A DNA stretch of 64,000 bases from a virus (Duplodnaviria; Caudoviricetes). This document shows, in pieces, positions 9,496 through 18,994 of this stretch. How positions within the stretch are numbered: the first letter of the stretch is position 1; every line of letters starts with the position of its first letter. Where the stretch lies: positions 64,001 through 128,000 of the IMG/VR virus record IMGVR_UViG_3300013383_000017, one strand, 5' to 3'. Under the pieces are notes generated by a model. The model ran no database searches. It was not told where the DNA came from and was given only the letters and a program-made list of their open reading frames with translations. Position numbers and translations under genes: made by a program.

Positions 9496-10464
9496 ATGGA
9501 AGAAATGAATATTGATACTCAAGAATTAAAGGAACCAATACCTATGGAACCAGTAACTCTTAGTAGACAAAAAGAAAAAACAAAAGTAAAAACTGTTACT
9601 ACAGTTTCTGATAGAGAGGTTACAAATTGTTTAAGAAATGAAAAAGTCATTGTTAGATATATTATAAAAGAAAAGACTGGAATTACAGATACTAAACACC
9701 CATTTTATGGTGGTTTGGCTGATAATTCTTTTATTGACCTCACAGTACCCCTTTTAAGAAGTGGCTCTTATAAAAATCCTCTTACTAGTAATGAGAAGGC
9801 ATTTTTAGAGTCCTATATGGGATTAGAGGAAGGGAGTCTAAGTGTTTATAATAAAGAAGATAATTTTTGGGATAATTTTTATGTTAGATTAACTAAGGTG
9901 GATACTATATTAAATCTGGCAGATGCTAATGATTATATTAGATATAAAGTTATCCTTGCTAATAATGATATTGTAGCACCTTCTTTAAAGTCCTTACGAG
10001 ATTATTCTCTAGAGACATATAGATTTGTAATTATTTCAGAATCTGAAACATATAATTCTACTATAGACAAAACTAATACTAAGAGTAAATGCTGGAAAGA
10101 GTTTGGAAAAGTTGAAAATAATGAAGATATCCTAAGATGTATTATTCATACCATTGATGGAAGAAAACCTTCAGAAAATACTAAGATAGAGTTCTTGAGA
10201 GATAGAATTGATAAATTGATAGATTCTGATAGTAAACTATTCTTATCAGTAATTACTGACCCTCTTCTTGACTTTAAGGTTTTAATAGAAAAAGCATATG
10301 ATAAAGGTGTAGTAAATAAGAGAGGTGATTATTATTATTTTAATAATACTCCTTTGTGTGGAAAGAATGAAAATCCTACATTTACTATTGCAGCTAAATA
10401 TATTAGTTTACCTGAAAATCAAGAGATTAAGTTTGCTATTGAAGGTAAAATAAAAAATAAATGA
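9496..10464 (+). CDS. crAss-like head-module protein downstream of MCP
   Basis: Long ORF at a typical position; function unknown. Confidence 0.65.
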   Translation: MEEMNIDTQELKEPIPMEPVTLSRQKEKTKVKTVTTVSDREVTNCLRNEKVIVRYIIKEKTGITDTKHPFYGGLADNSFIDLTVPLLRSGSYKNPLTSNEKAFLESYMGLEEGSLSVYNKEDNFWDNFYVRLTKVDTILNLADANDYIRYKVILANNDIVAPSLKSLRDYSLETYRFVIISESETYNSTIDKTNTKSKCWKEFGKVENNEDILRCIIHTIDGRKPSENTKIEFLRDRIDKLIDSDSKLFLSVITDPLLDFKVLIEKAYDKGVVNKRGDYYYFNNTPLCGKNENPTFTIAAKYISLPENQEIKFAIEGKIKNK

Positions 10465-11135
10465 CTTTAGAACAGTTTAATTTAGAGTTTGATATTCTAT
10501 TTAATAGCATTTCTTCTAATGTAGCCCCTAGTTTATCACCATTAGAAAAAAGTATTCTTTTAACACAAGCACAAGAACTTTTAGTAAAAGAGTATTATAG
10601 TGGTGATATAACAGGAAACTCTTTTGAAAAAAATGAAGAATCAAAAGAATATCTAAACACTTTAGTTACTCAAACTACTGCAACTGAAAAACCTACTGTT
10701 TTAGATGTGCCTTTTAATTATAAAAGTTATGAACTTCCTACAGATTTATTATATATAGTTAATGAAGTTATAACAGTTAAAAATAAATGTAATGAATCAT
10801 TAAGTAGTGTATTAAGAGTAAAACCATCTTCAAATGATGAGTATATAAAAAGTCTAGACAATCCTTTTACTGGACCTTTAGGTAATATAGTATTAAGAAG
10901 AATAGAAAATAACACTATATTTTTGTATCCTCCTAATACAGAAGAAGTTAAGTCTTATTTTATTACTTATATTAAAAGACCAGAACCTATTGTTTTGCTA
11001 GGTATTGAGGATGCTCCTGCACCTTATAAACAATATATAGAAAATGGTAATAACTGCTCTTTACCAGAGTCTTGTCATCAAGATGTGCTATTAAGAGCAG
11101 TACAACTTGCTAGAAATGTTTGGGTTTCCCAATAA
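10461..11135 (+). CDS. Virion ring/adaptor (head-tail connector-like) protein
   Basis: YELPTDLL, TYIKRPEPI and CSLPESCH motifs typical of ring/adaptor proteins. Confidence 0.6.
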   Translation: MTLEQFNLEFDILFNSISSNVAPSLSPLEKSILLTQAQELLVKEYYSGDITGNSFEKNEESKEYLNTLVTQTTATEKPTVLDVPFNYKSYELPTDLLYIVNEVITVKNKCNESLSSVLRVKPSSNDEYIKSLDNPFTGPLGNIVLRRIENNTIFLYPPNTEEVKSYFITYIKRPEPIVLLGIEDAPAPYKQYIENGNNCSLPESCHQDVLLRAVQLARNVWVSQ

Positions 11136-11160
11136 TAAATAATATTTAATATTAAATAAT

Positions 11161-12252
11161 ATGAATTTTTCAACAAATCAAGTTAAGCAGCTTTATGTAG
11201 CAAAAGCTGATTCAACACTTACATTAAAAGAAATTAAATCCCCTGATAAGGCTGCTACTGTTGGGGCTGTTATAGATATTGATGGGGAGATAACTGATAT
11301 TATTCCTAAGGGAAAAGTAATGTCTGTTACTACTGCTTGTGCTCAAGATGATGCTCAGAAATTAAAGAGAAAGGGTGTCCTTATTAAACTTAATGCAGAT
11401 GTAAATGATGGAGCACCTGTTGCTGGTGAACACTATATTATGCATCTTAATTATAGAGGGCATATTGGTGAGGAAGATACCTATCAGAAGTGTGCAGAAG
11501 TTTATGTTAATAAGAAGAACATGACTGCTGCTGAGTTTCTTCAGAAAATGGCTCAATCTCTTATTGATCAGATAGGTGTAGAAGCAACTCCTCTTTATGA
11601 ATTATTTACAACTGAAGGACAAGTTATAAAAGAAATTACTATACCTGTATTCTCTGAAACTGTTGACTATAAGACAGGTGATAAGGTTATTTATGCTGGC
11701 AAAGCATATGCTTTTAGTAAGGCACATACTAAAGGTGCTTGGGCTGCTGGTGATGTTACAGCCCTTACAGAAGCTCCAGTAGAAGCTATTACTGATAAAG
11801 GATTTTACATTGTAGAGCCAGTACCTTATTGGAGATTAGGTACTTTCCCAGAGACTTTAATGAAAATTGAAATAGGTACAGCTCCTATTACAGTTAGTGC
11901 TATAGAGTATATTGATTGGCTTGCTAATTATAAGTTTGAAGCTGTTAATATTACAGCTATTAAACCTATTTACAATACCCATAAGATTGCAGACCTTGAG
12001 TATTTCTGCAAGGGTGAAAGGGGTATATCTGCAGGTCTTTCTGCTCCTTATGATGTTCAGTTGCCTTTAGATCTTAAAGTTGATACTACTGTTGCTACTG
12101 GTTATGATATTCTTAATGTTCATTATGCTTATGAGGGACATAATCAGAATAGTACTTTATCTGAAAAAGATATAACAATAGTTATCCCTAATAGTGGTGC
12201 TACTGTAAACACTAAACTCAGCACTCTTAAAACTAGTCTTTTGGCACTTTAG
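11161..12252 (+). CDS. Structural protein (auxiliary capsid-like) with a CBM5/12-like insert
   Basis: FSTNQVKQLYVA start and IADLEYFCKGERG motif of a crAss structural family; codon usage resembles MCP. Confidence 0.6.
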   Translation: MNFSTNQVKQLYVAKADSTLTLKEIKSPDKAATVGAVIDIDGEITDIIPKGKVMSVTTACAQDDAQKLKRKGVLIKLNADVNDGAPVAGEHYIMHLNYRGHIGEEDTYQKCAEVYVNKKNMTAAEFLQKMAQSLIDQIGVEATPLYELFTTEGQVIKEITIPVFSETVDYKTGDKVIYAGKAYAFSKAHTKGAWAAGDVTALTEAPVEAITDKGFYIVEPVPYWRLGTFPETLMKIEIGTAPITVSAIEYIDWLANYKFEAVNITAIKPIYNTHKIADLEYFCKGERGISAGLSAPYDVQLPLDLKVDTTVATGYDILNVHYAYEGHNQNSTLSEKDITIVIPNSGATVNTKLSTLKTSLLAL

Positions 12253-12266
12253 TGTGTATTTAATAT

Positions 12267-12296
12267 AAGGTGGCACTTAATTGTGTCACCTTTTTT
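12267..12296 (+). terminator. Rho-independent terminator
   Basis: aaggtggcac-ttaatt-gtgtcacctt followed by a T-tract. Confidence 0.85.
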
Positions 12297-12375
12297 AGTA
12301 TCTATTAATTTTAGATTAAATCTATTGTATTATATTATAATTTTTATTATATTTATATTTTAAAATTTAATTAAA

Positions 12376-13170
12376 ATGAGTACTTATAGAGAACTAATAT
12401 ATATAGTATCAGATTTAGCAAAACAACTAAATGATGATACTACAATAAATGAAAACCATATAGCCTTCTTACTTAATAAGTATAGAATGTATCTTTTAAA
12501 ACAGAAATATGGTAAGGATTACAGTCAAAATATACCAATAGAAGCATTTCAAACTATATGTGTAGACTTAAAAGAAAATAATTTTTCCTCACAATGTGTT
12601 GACTCCTGCCTTATAGATGATGCTGAGGATAAATATTTAAAATCAATTAAAAAAGTACCTAGTATTTTTAATATCAATTTAGTTAGAGTAGCAACTAATA
12701 ACATATTTAAAAGTTCTATAGCTTTTATTTCTCCGGAAAGAATGGGTTATGTAGGTAATAATAAATGGTTAAAGAATGTTATTTATAGTACCATTTATTA
12801 TGATAACTATCTATATTTAAAATCAGCCAATCTCAACCTATATAAGAAAATAGATAATAATTTAGTTTATAATAAGGTATATCTTTCTGCTATTTTTGAT
12901 GACCCTATTCAAGCTTTTAATATGAAGCACTGTACTGGAGATGTTTGTACTGAAGAAGAATGCTTAAAAGAATATAGTTATTTAGATATACAATTTCCAA
13001 TAGAAAGTGCTTTGGAAACACAACTTATAGCACTTACACTTAATGAAGTTATTAACGCTTCATATAGACCTAATGATAATACTAATAATGCTAAAGATGA
13101 TTTGGCTGATCTTGCTTCTTATGTATCTCAATATATGAAGAAAAATAAACAACAAAATACAGATGCATAA
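12376..13170 (+). CDS. Tail ring/tubular protein
   Basis: MSTYRELIY start, FQTICVDL and AIFDDP motifs; tail-module position. Confidence 0.6.
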   Translation: MSTYRELIYIVSDLAKQLNDDTTINENHIAFLLNKYRMYLLKQKYGKDYSQNIPIEAFQTICVDLKENNFSSQCVDSCLIDDAEDKYLKSIKKVPSIFNINLVRVATNNIFKSSIAFISPERMGYVGNNKWLKNVIYSTIYYDNYLYLKSANLNLYKKIDNNLVYNKVYLSAIFDDPIQAFNMKHCTGDVCTEEECLKEYSYLDIQFPIESALETQLIALTLNEVINASYRPNDNTNNAKDDLADLASYVSQYMKKNKQQNTDA

Positions 13171-13690
13171 TATAACACTAGAGGATTTTTTAAAGGAAAC
13201 TAAAAAAGTTAAAGAAAAAAGAACATTTAAAGTAACTAATTCTATTGGTTCTTCTTATGCTTATAGAATCTATAAAAGAGATATTAATGCATTGTCTAAT
13301 CATGACTATTGTAGAGTAATAAGGGAGATAAATAATGAAATTATTAATAGAATAATAGAAGGTGATATTATAAATCTTCCACTAAGGATGGGTAATCTAT
13401 GTATAGTAAAGAAAGAAACTAAAGTTGTATTTAATAAAGATAAGTTATATATAGATAAGCCTATAGATTGGAATAAAACAGCTATTTTATGGTATAATAA
13501 TGAAGAAGCCAGAGAAGCAAAAAAGATAGTTAGAAATGATGTGCCTTATGTATTTAGAATAAAATATAGTAAAGGACATGCTATGTATAAAAATAAAAAC
13601 TTTTTTAGGTTTAAAACACATCGCCCAGTTAAATTAAGAATAAAAGATTTAGTTCAAAAAAATGAACTAGAAGCATTAATGGTGGATTAA
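13163..13690 (+). CDS. Basic HU/IHF-like DNA-binding protein
   Basis: IIEGDIINLPLRMGNLCI resembles the IHF/HU core; Lys-rich; embedded in the tail module as in crAss-like phages. Confidence 0.55.
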   Translation: MHNITLEDFLKETKKVKEKRTFKVTNSIGSSYAYRIYKRDINALSNHDYCRVIREINNEIINRIIEGDIINLPLRMGNLCIVKKETKVVFNKDKLYIDKPIDWNKTAILWYNNEEAREAKKIVRNDVPYVFRIKYSKGHAMYKNKNFFRFKTHRPVKLRIKDLVQKNELEALMVD

Positions 13691-13691
13691 T

Positions 13692-14522
13692 ATGGAAAAT
13701 AAAAGTATAAGTTTAAAACAGGTAATAGATAGATTGAAAAGGCATCCTATTTTAAAAAGTTTAAATGAAGAAACTATAATAGATTATACTATTGATTTTT
13801 TTAGGATAGTAGGACTGCCTAATACATATGAAGAAAAAACCTGTCTAATAAAAATACATAATAATAAAGGGAAGTTACCAGAAGATTATATAGAGCCTAT
13901 TCAGTTAAGGTATGTTGATTATAATCCAGTAGAATTTAATGAAGAAAAACAATATACAAAAGGCACTATTTTATTTTATGATAATAAATTATGGAAATTA
14001 TTACAAAATAAAGATATTGGAGAATGGGATAATACTATAGTAGAGGAAGCAGAAATAGATAATAAAGATGTAGTATATTATAGATATAGTACTGATACTT
14101 TCCACATGAGTACTAATAAAGTAAATAGTGTCCCATTTACTTATAAAATACAGGGAGAGTGCCTTATAACCACAGAACAAGATTGTATGGTAGAATTATC
14201 TTATTATGCTATTGAAGTTGATAAGTGTGGGTTACCTGTTATACCTGATAATTCTAAGTTTATTAGAGCATTAGAAAACTATATAAAAGTACAATATTTT
14301 ACAATACAGTTTGAATTAGGTAATTTACCACCTGCAGTTTTACAACACGCTGAACAGGAATATTGCTGGGCTGTAGGAGCTTGTGAGAGTGATTTACATT
14401 CTATATCTTTAGATAAATTAGAAAGTATTGCTAATATGGCTAAATCCTTAATACCAAGAGATTTTGAACATCATTCTGGTTATGCAAATGCTGGAAATAA
14501 AGAACTTTTAAAAATACAATAA
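13692..14522 (+). CDS. Tail ring/tubular protein with a CBM5/12-like insert
   Basis: KLPEDYI, GLPVIPDN and RALENYI motifs; immediately upstream of the muzzle gene. Confidence 0.6.
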   Translation: MENKSISLKQVIDRLKRHPILKSLNEETIIDYTIDFFRIVGLPNTYEEKTCLIKIHNNKGKLPEDYIEPIQLRYVDYNPVEFNEEKQYTKGTILFYDNKLWKLLQNKDIGEWDNTIVEEAEIDNKDVVYYRYSTDTFHMSTNKVNSVPFTYKIQGECLITTEQDCMVELSYYAIEVDKCGLPVIPDNSKFIRALENYIKVQYFTIQFELGNLPPAVLQHAEQEYCWAVGACESDLHSISLDKLESIANMAKSLIPRDFEHHSGYANAGNKELLKIQ

Positions 14523-14523
14523 T

Positions 14524-17500
14524 ATGAAGTTAGATGTAGTAGAATGCGGAAATTTAGGAATGTCCCAAGATTTATCTATTAGTAAAGCAGATAATAAATT
14601 AGCTTTTGAGAATAGAAATATAAGAATAACAGCTGTAAATGATAATACTTTATTAAGTATTACAAATGAGAAAGGACCATCTGAAGTAGAAGGTTCTACA
14701 TCTATAGAAGGATGTTATAAAGCACATTGTATAATAGATGATACATTGGTACTATTTACATCTAAAACAGCTGTACCTCTATTAAAGTTTTCTGATTATA
14801 TATATGTAATAAAATTAAGTAAAACAGGGGATACAATGACTGTTAAATTATTGTATTCTGGCAATCTTAAGTTAGGGGATAATATTGATACAATAGGATA
14901 TTATGAAGCTTATGATGTAAGAAAAGTATATTGGGTAGATGGTGTAAATTCTCCTAGAGTTATTAATATAGATAAGGAATATACTAATAATGAATCATTA
15001 GATTTTATGCCTGTTCTACATAACTTTTCTACAATTAAAGTTGAAAAAGACTTTAATGGTGAGGGTATTTTTGAAGCAGGTACTATTCAATATGCTATTA
15101 CTTACTATAATAAATATGGGGCAGAAACTGCTATTTCTAATATAACACCTTTAATATATATTACAGAAGAAAATAATGGATTAGATATAAATAATAAAAC
15201 TTCTTGTAATTTTAATATTACTATTACCAATATTGATACATCTTTTGAATATATGAGAGTATATTCAATAAAAAGGACAACTCTCAATGGTCCATTTACT
15301 GTAAATATAGTTAAGGATGTACCAGTAGTATCTTCAACAATATCTATTATAGATAATAATACTAATCAAGAAAGTATTGACCCTAATTTATTATATTATA
15401 TAGGAGGTAATGATTTTATAGCTAAAACTATTAGTCATAAAGATAATACTCTTTTTGTGGGTAATATAACTACTAAGGGAACAATAGTAAATGATGATAT
15501 TGAGGATGATATTAAAAATAATTGGTATACAGATATAAAAGATAAAGATGGTAATATAACATACAGAGAATGCAATGTTATATCAGAAATATACAAAACA
15601 GTTAATACTGGAAATTATAAAAATACTGATGCTTATTATGTAAAAGATACATCTTTTATAAATAACAATATAAAAGGTTTTAAAAGCTCTGAAATTTATA
15701 GATTTGCTATACAGTTTCAAAGTGAGAAAGGACAGTGGTCGGCTCCTATTTATATAGGAGATAAAAAACAAACTAAGTTCCCTAAAACAAGTCTTGTAAA
15801 CTATAATGTAGTAAACCATATTCCTGTCTTTGAGTTTAATAATTCTATATTTTTTGAAAATGTACTTACTAAGCAATTAAAAGATATTTACAAAGATATT
15901 AGAGCTTTTAGAGTTTTAAGAGCAGAAACAACTTATGAAAATAGAAGTGTTTTAGCACAGGGAATAATTAGTCCTACTATATTTAATTATAAGCAAAGAT
16001 GTGATAATGCTCCTTATGTAATATCTTCTCCTATAATGAGAGATAATACTAATAGAAACTGGTGTAACTTAGCAAATGAAATAAGAGGCACTAAATATAA
16101 TAGTATAGCACAAAATGAAACTAATACAGATATTAAAAAAGACTCATATGCTATAATTCTTATTTTTGAAGAATGTGTTGATTATATCTGCAAAAAATTA
16201 AAATGTTCTATAAATGCTACAAAAACTAATAATACAGATTATGGTGTTATATTACATACTTTTGCTATAGATAATGATAAATATAATAATACCGAGCTTG
16301 TAACAAATATAAATAATATATTAACTAGTTATAATTGTGCTAAAGTAATAACAGAAGCAGAGATAATAAATCTTATTAAATATTTAAATAATGAAATAGA
16401 AAGTGCACCTAGTGGTTGGATAAAGTATTCTAAATATTCATATTCTTGTGAGTATATTATTAATGATACAATACCAGAAAAATGTATAGATAGCAGTAAT
16501 TATCAAAATAAGCAAAGTGAATTTTTTGTAGATACTTCTATTATTACATTTCATTCTCCAGAATTAGATAAGGAAGAATTATCTATAAATGATGATGTTA
16601 AATTTAGATTAGTAGGTATAGCTCCTATAACAGCAAATAAAGCAGATGTATCATTAAATGTAGAAAATCCAATGTCTTCTTTAGGTGGATTATTTAAGGA
16701 TAATATATATAAATATAACTATCCTAATATCTCAAAAAATGTTAAACCACTAACAAAAGATAGATTGTATATTGATGCTTCTTGGAATTATAGTAGTGAC
16801 AAAAAAAGTTTTTATCCAGATAGCAGTATAACTAAAGCATATAATGTATTTATGTGGGATAAGACAGGTTCTCTTATAGGACAAACAGATGGCACTATAA
16901 AAAATAGTAGTGGTGATAGCTGGGGAGAAGAAAAGAAATCTATTATAAAAAATAAAATATTTGCTAATAAAAGATTTTCTTTATATACTAAATATCTTAA
17001 TATAAAAGAAGATATTAATATTACAAATGTACAAACATTTAATTCAGAAAGTATAGATGCTAAAAGACTTAATATACTAAATAAGGATATTTATTATTAT
17101 GGTAATTATGATTTTCTTAATACTTATTTAGATTCTTATTCTGTAGATGGCACATATACTAATGAAATAAAGAGTTATGCTCCTGTAAGAATTAAATATA
17201 AATCTACTCCACATGCTGTATTTGGGTTATTAAATAGTGATAAGACTAAGATGCTTAAACTTCCTTATATAATAGGAGAAGCACCTGCTTCTGAATACTC
17301 TGAGGTTAATAAAAAATATTTATGGCTCTCTAATATATTTGGTAGTCAAGATTTATATAGTACCGATTCTATAAATCAATCTAATATAGAATATCCAGAT
17401 AGTAATTATTTATTTATTGGAGAATTATATAGAGATATAAACTATAGTTCCTTATATGGTGGATTAGAGGATACTTCTTTGCAGAAATTAAGATGGTTAC

Positions 17501-18882
17501 CTGCTAGTGAGATTTATAATATTTATACACCTTATATATCTACAATCTATATATATGGTGATACTTTTTATGAAAGGTATGATTGTTTAAAGACTTATCC
17601 TTTTTCAGAAGAGGAACAAAACAGTGTAGTAGATGTTACATCTGTAATGCTAGAAACACATATAAATACTGCGGCAACCTATAATACTGCAAAAGATAGT
17701 CTTACTAATATAAGACCTACATCATTAAAATTAAATACAATATATAATCAAGAAGATAATGTTTTTGTATATTCAATACTAGATAATAAATATAAAAATA
17801 TAAATTATCCTAATCAAATTATTTGGAGTTTACAAAAAACAACTAAAGAAAATATAGATAATTGGACTAATATTACTCTTACTTCTTCTTTAGATTTAGA
17901 TGGTACAAAAGGTAATGTAACGAAACTAATAACATATCAAGATAAACTATTAGCCTTTCAGCCAAAAGCCATATCTTCTATAAACTATAATAATAGAACA
18001 GCATTATCTACAGTAGAAGGTGTTCCTATTGAGATAGTTAATAGTGGTTTAGTTAATGGCTATACTATTATTTCTGATAGTATAGGACTTTCTAATATAA
18101 AAGAAATAGTAAAAGCATCTTCTGGTATATATTTTATAGATATTATAAATAAGCAAGTTTATTGTTTAAACAATAATGGTTTAAGTACTATTACCTCTAA
18201 AGGGTTGGAACAATGGTTTAAAGAGCAGTGCTCTTATAATAGTATAAAAGATACTAAAAAGAAAGCTTTTACTGTATGCTATGATTACCTAACTAAAGAT
18301 GTATACTTTATAAACTATAATCATTGTATAACTTATAATGAAGTATTACAACAGTTTACATCTTTTATGCCCTATTCAAATATTTCAGCATTATTTAATA
18401 TATTAGGTTATTCCTATTTTATTAGTAATAATATATCTATTATGAAACTATTTAAAATGTTTGGTGGTGATTATAATAAAGATAAAAATGGTCAATTTAT
18501 ACCTTACTCCATTACATATAGGATAAATCCTAATAATATAGATAATGTATTTACTAATATAGAATTTACTGCTGATTTATTAAAGAGTGACTATACTATA
18601 GATTCTAAACCTAATAATAGTTTATTATCTAGTGTTCCTTTTGATAAACTTACTGTGTGGAATGAATATCAATATGGAGAATCTAATATTACACCTAATT
18701 ATGGTGTATCTAATATAAAACAAAAGTATAGAAGGTGGAGATTAGATATTCCTAGAGATAGTAATTCTAAATATAAAATAGATAGAATTAGAAATCCTTG
18801 GTGTTATATTAAATTAGAGAAAACACCAACAGATTCTAATAAGTTAATTTTTCATAATTTATTAGTGAAATATTATAAATAA
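14524..18882 (+). CDS. Tail stabilization/muzzle protein (P22 gp10-like, 1452 aa)
   Basis: GMSQDLSIS...FENRNIRI start, YWVDGVNSPRVINI, and C-terminal RRWRLDIPR...RIRNPW. Confidence 0.75.
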   Translation: MKLDVVECGNLGMSQDLSISKADNKLAFENRNIRITAVNDNTLLSITNEKGPSEVEGSTSIEGCYKAHCIIDDTLVLFTSKTAVPLLKFSDYIYVIKLSKTGDTMTVKLLYSGNLKLGDNIDTIGYYEAYDVRKVYWVDGVNSPRVINIDKEYTNNESLDFMPVLHNFSTIKVEKDFNGEGIFEAGTIQYAITYYNKYGAETAISNITPLIYITEENNGLDINNKTSCNFNITITNIDTSFEYMRVYSIKRTTLNGPFTVNIVKDVPVVSSTISIIDNNTNQESIDPNLLYYIGGNDFIAKTISHKDNTLFVGNITTKGTIVNDDIEDDIKNNWYTDIKDKDGNITYRECNVISEIYKTVNTGNYKNTDAYYVKDTSFINNNIKGFKSSEIYRFAIQFQSEKGQWSAPIYIGDKKQTKFPKTSLVNYNVVNHIPVFEFNNSIFFENVLTKQLKDIYKDIRAFRVLRAETTYENRSVLAQGIISPTIFNYKQRCDNAPYVISSPIMRDNTNRNWCNLANEIRGTKYNSIAQNETNTDIKKDSYAIILIFEECVDYICKKLKCSINATKTNNTDYGVILHTFAIDNDKYNNTELVTNINNILTSYNCAKVITEAEIINLIKYLNNEIESAPSGWIKYSKYSYSCEYIINDTIPEKCIDSSNYQNKQSEFFVDTSIITFHSPELDKEELSINDDVKFRLVGIAPITANKADVSLNVENPMSSLGGLFKDNIYKYNYPNISKNVKPLTKDRLYIDASWNYSSDKKSFYPDSSITKAYNVFMWDKTGSLIGQTDGTIKNSSGDSWGEEKKSIIKNKIFANKRFSLYTKYLNIKEDINITNVQTFNSESIDAKRLNILNKDIYYYGNYDFLNTYLDSYSVDGTYTNEIKSYAPVRIKYKSTPHAVFGLLNSDKTKMLKLPYIIGEAPASEYSEVNKKYLWLSNIFGSQDLYSTDSINQSNIEYPDSNYLFIGELYRDINYSSLYGGLEDTSLQKLRWLPASEIYNIYTPYISTIYIYGDTFYERYDCLKTYPFSEEEQNSVVDVTSVMLETHINTAATYNTAKDSLTNIRPTSLKLNTIYNQEDNVFVYSILDNKYKNINYPNQIIWSLQKTTKENIDNWTNITLTSSLDLDGTKGNVTKLITYQDKLLAFQPKAISSINYNNRTALSTVEGVPIEIVNSGLVNGYTIISDSIGLSNIKEIVKASSGIYFIDIINKQVYCLNNNGLSTITSKGLEQWFKEQCSYNSIKDTKKKAFTVCYDYLTKDVYFINYNHCITYNEVLQQFTSFMPYSNISALFNILGYSYFISNNISIMKLFKMFGGDYNKDKNGQFIPYSITYRINPNNIDNVFTNIEFTADLLKSDYTIDSKPNNSLLSSVPFDKLTVWNEYQYGESNITPNYGVSNIKQKYRRWRLDIPRDSNSKYKIDRIRNPWCYIKLEKTPTDSNKLIFHNLLVKYYK

Positions 18883-18886
18883 AATT

Positions 18887-18926
18887 AAAGGGGAGTAAAA
18901 GCTAAATTTTACTTCCCTTAATTTTT
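18887..18926 (+). terminator. Rho-independent terminator
   Basis: aaggggagtaaaa-gctaaa-ttttacttccctt followed by aattttt. Confidence 0.75.
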
Positions 18927-18937
18927 ACTTAAAAGTG

Positions 18938-18968
18938 TTGTGTAGTATAAATATTTTTACTATATTAG
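18938..18968 (+). promoter_or_regulatory. Promoter-like element for the cargo genes
   Basis: TTG-N20-TATATTAG. Confidence 0.55.
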
Positions 18969-18994
18969 TAAATTGAATTATAAATAATAATAAA

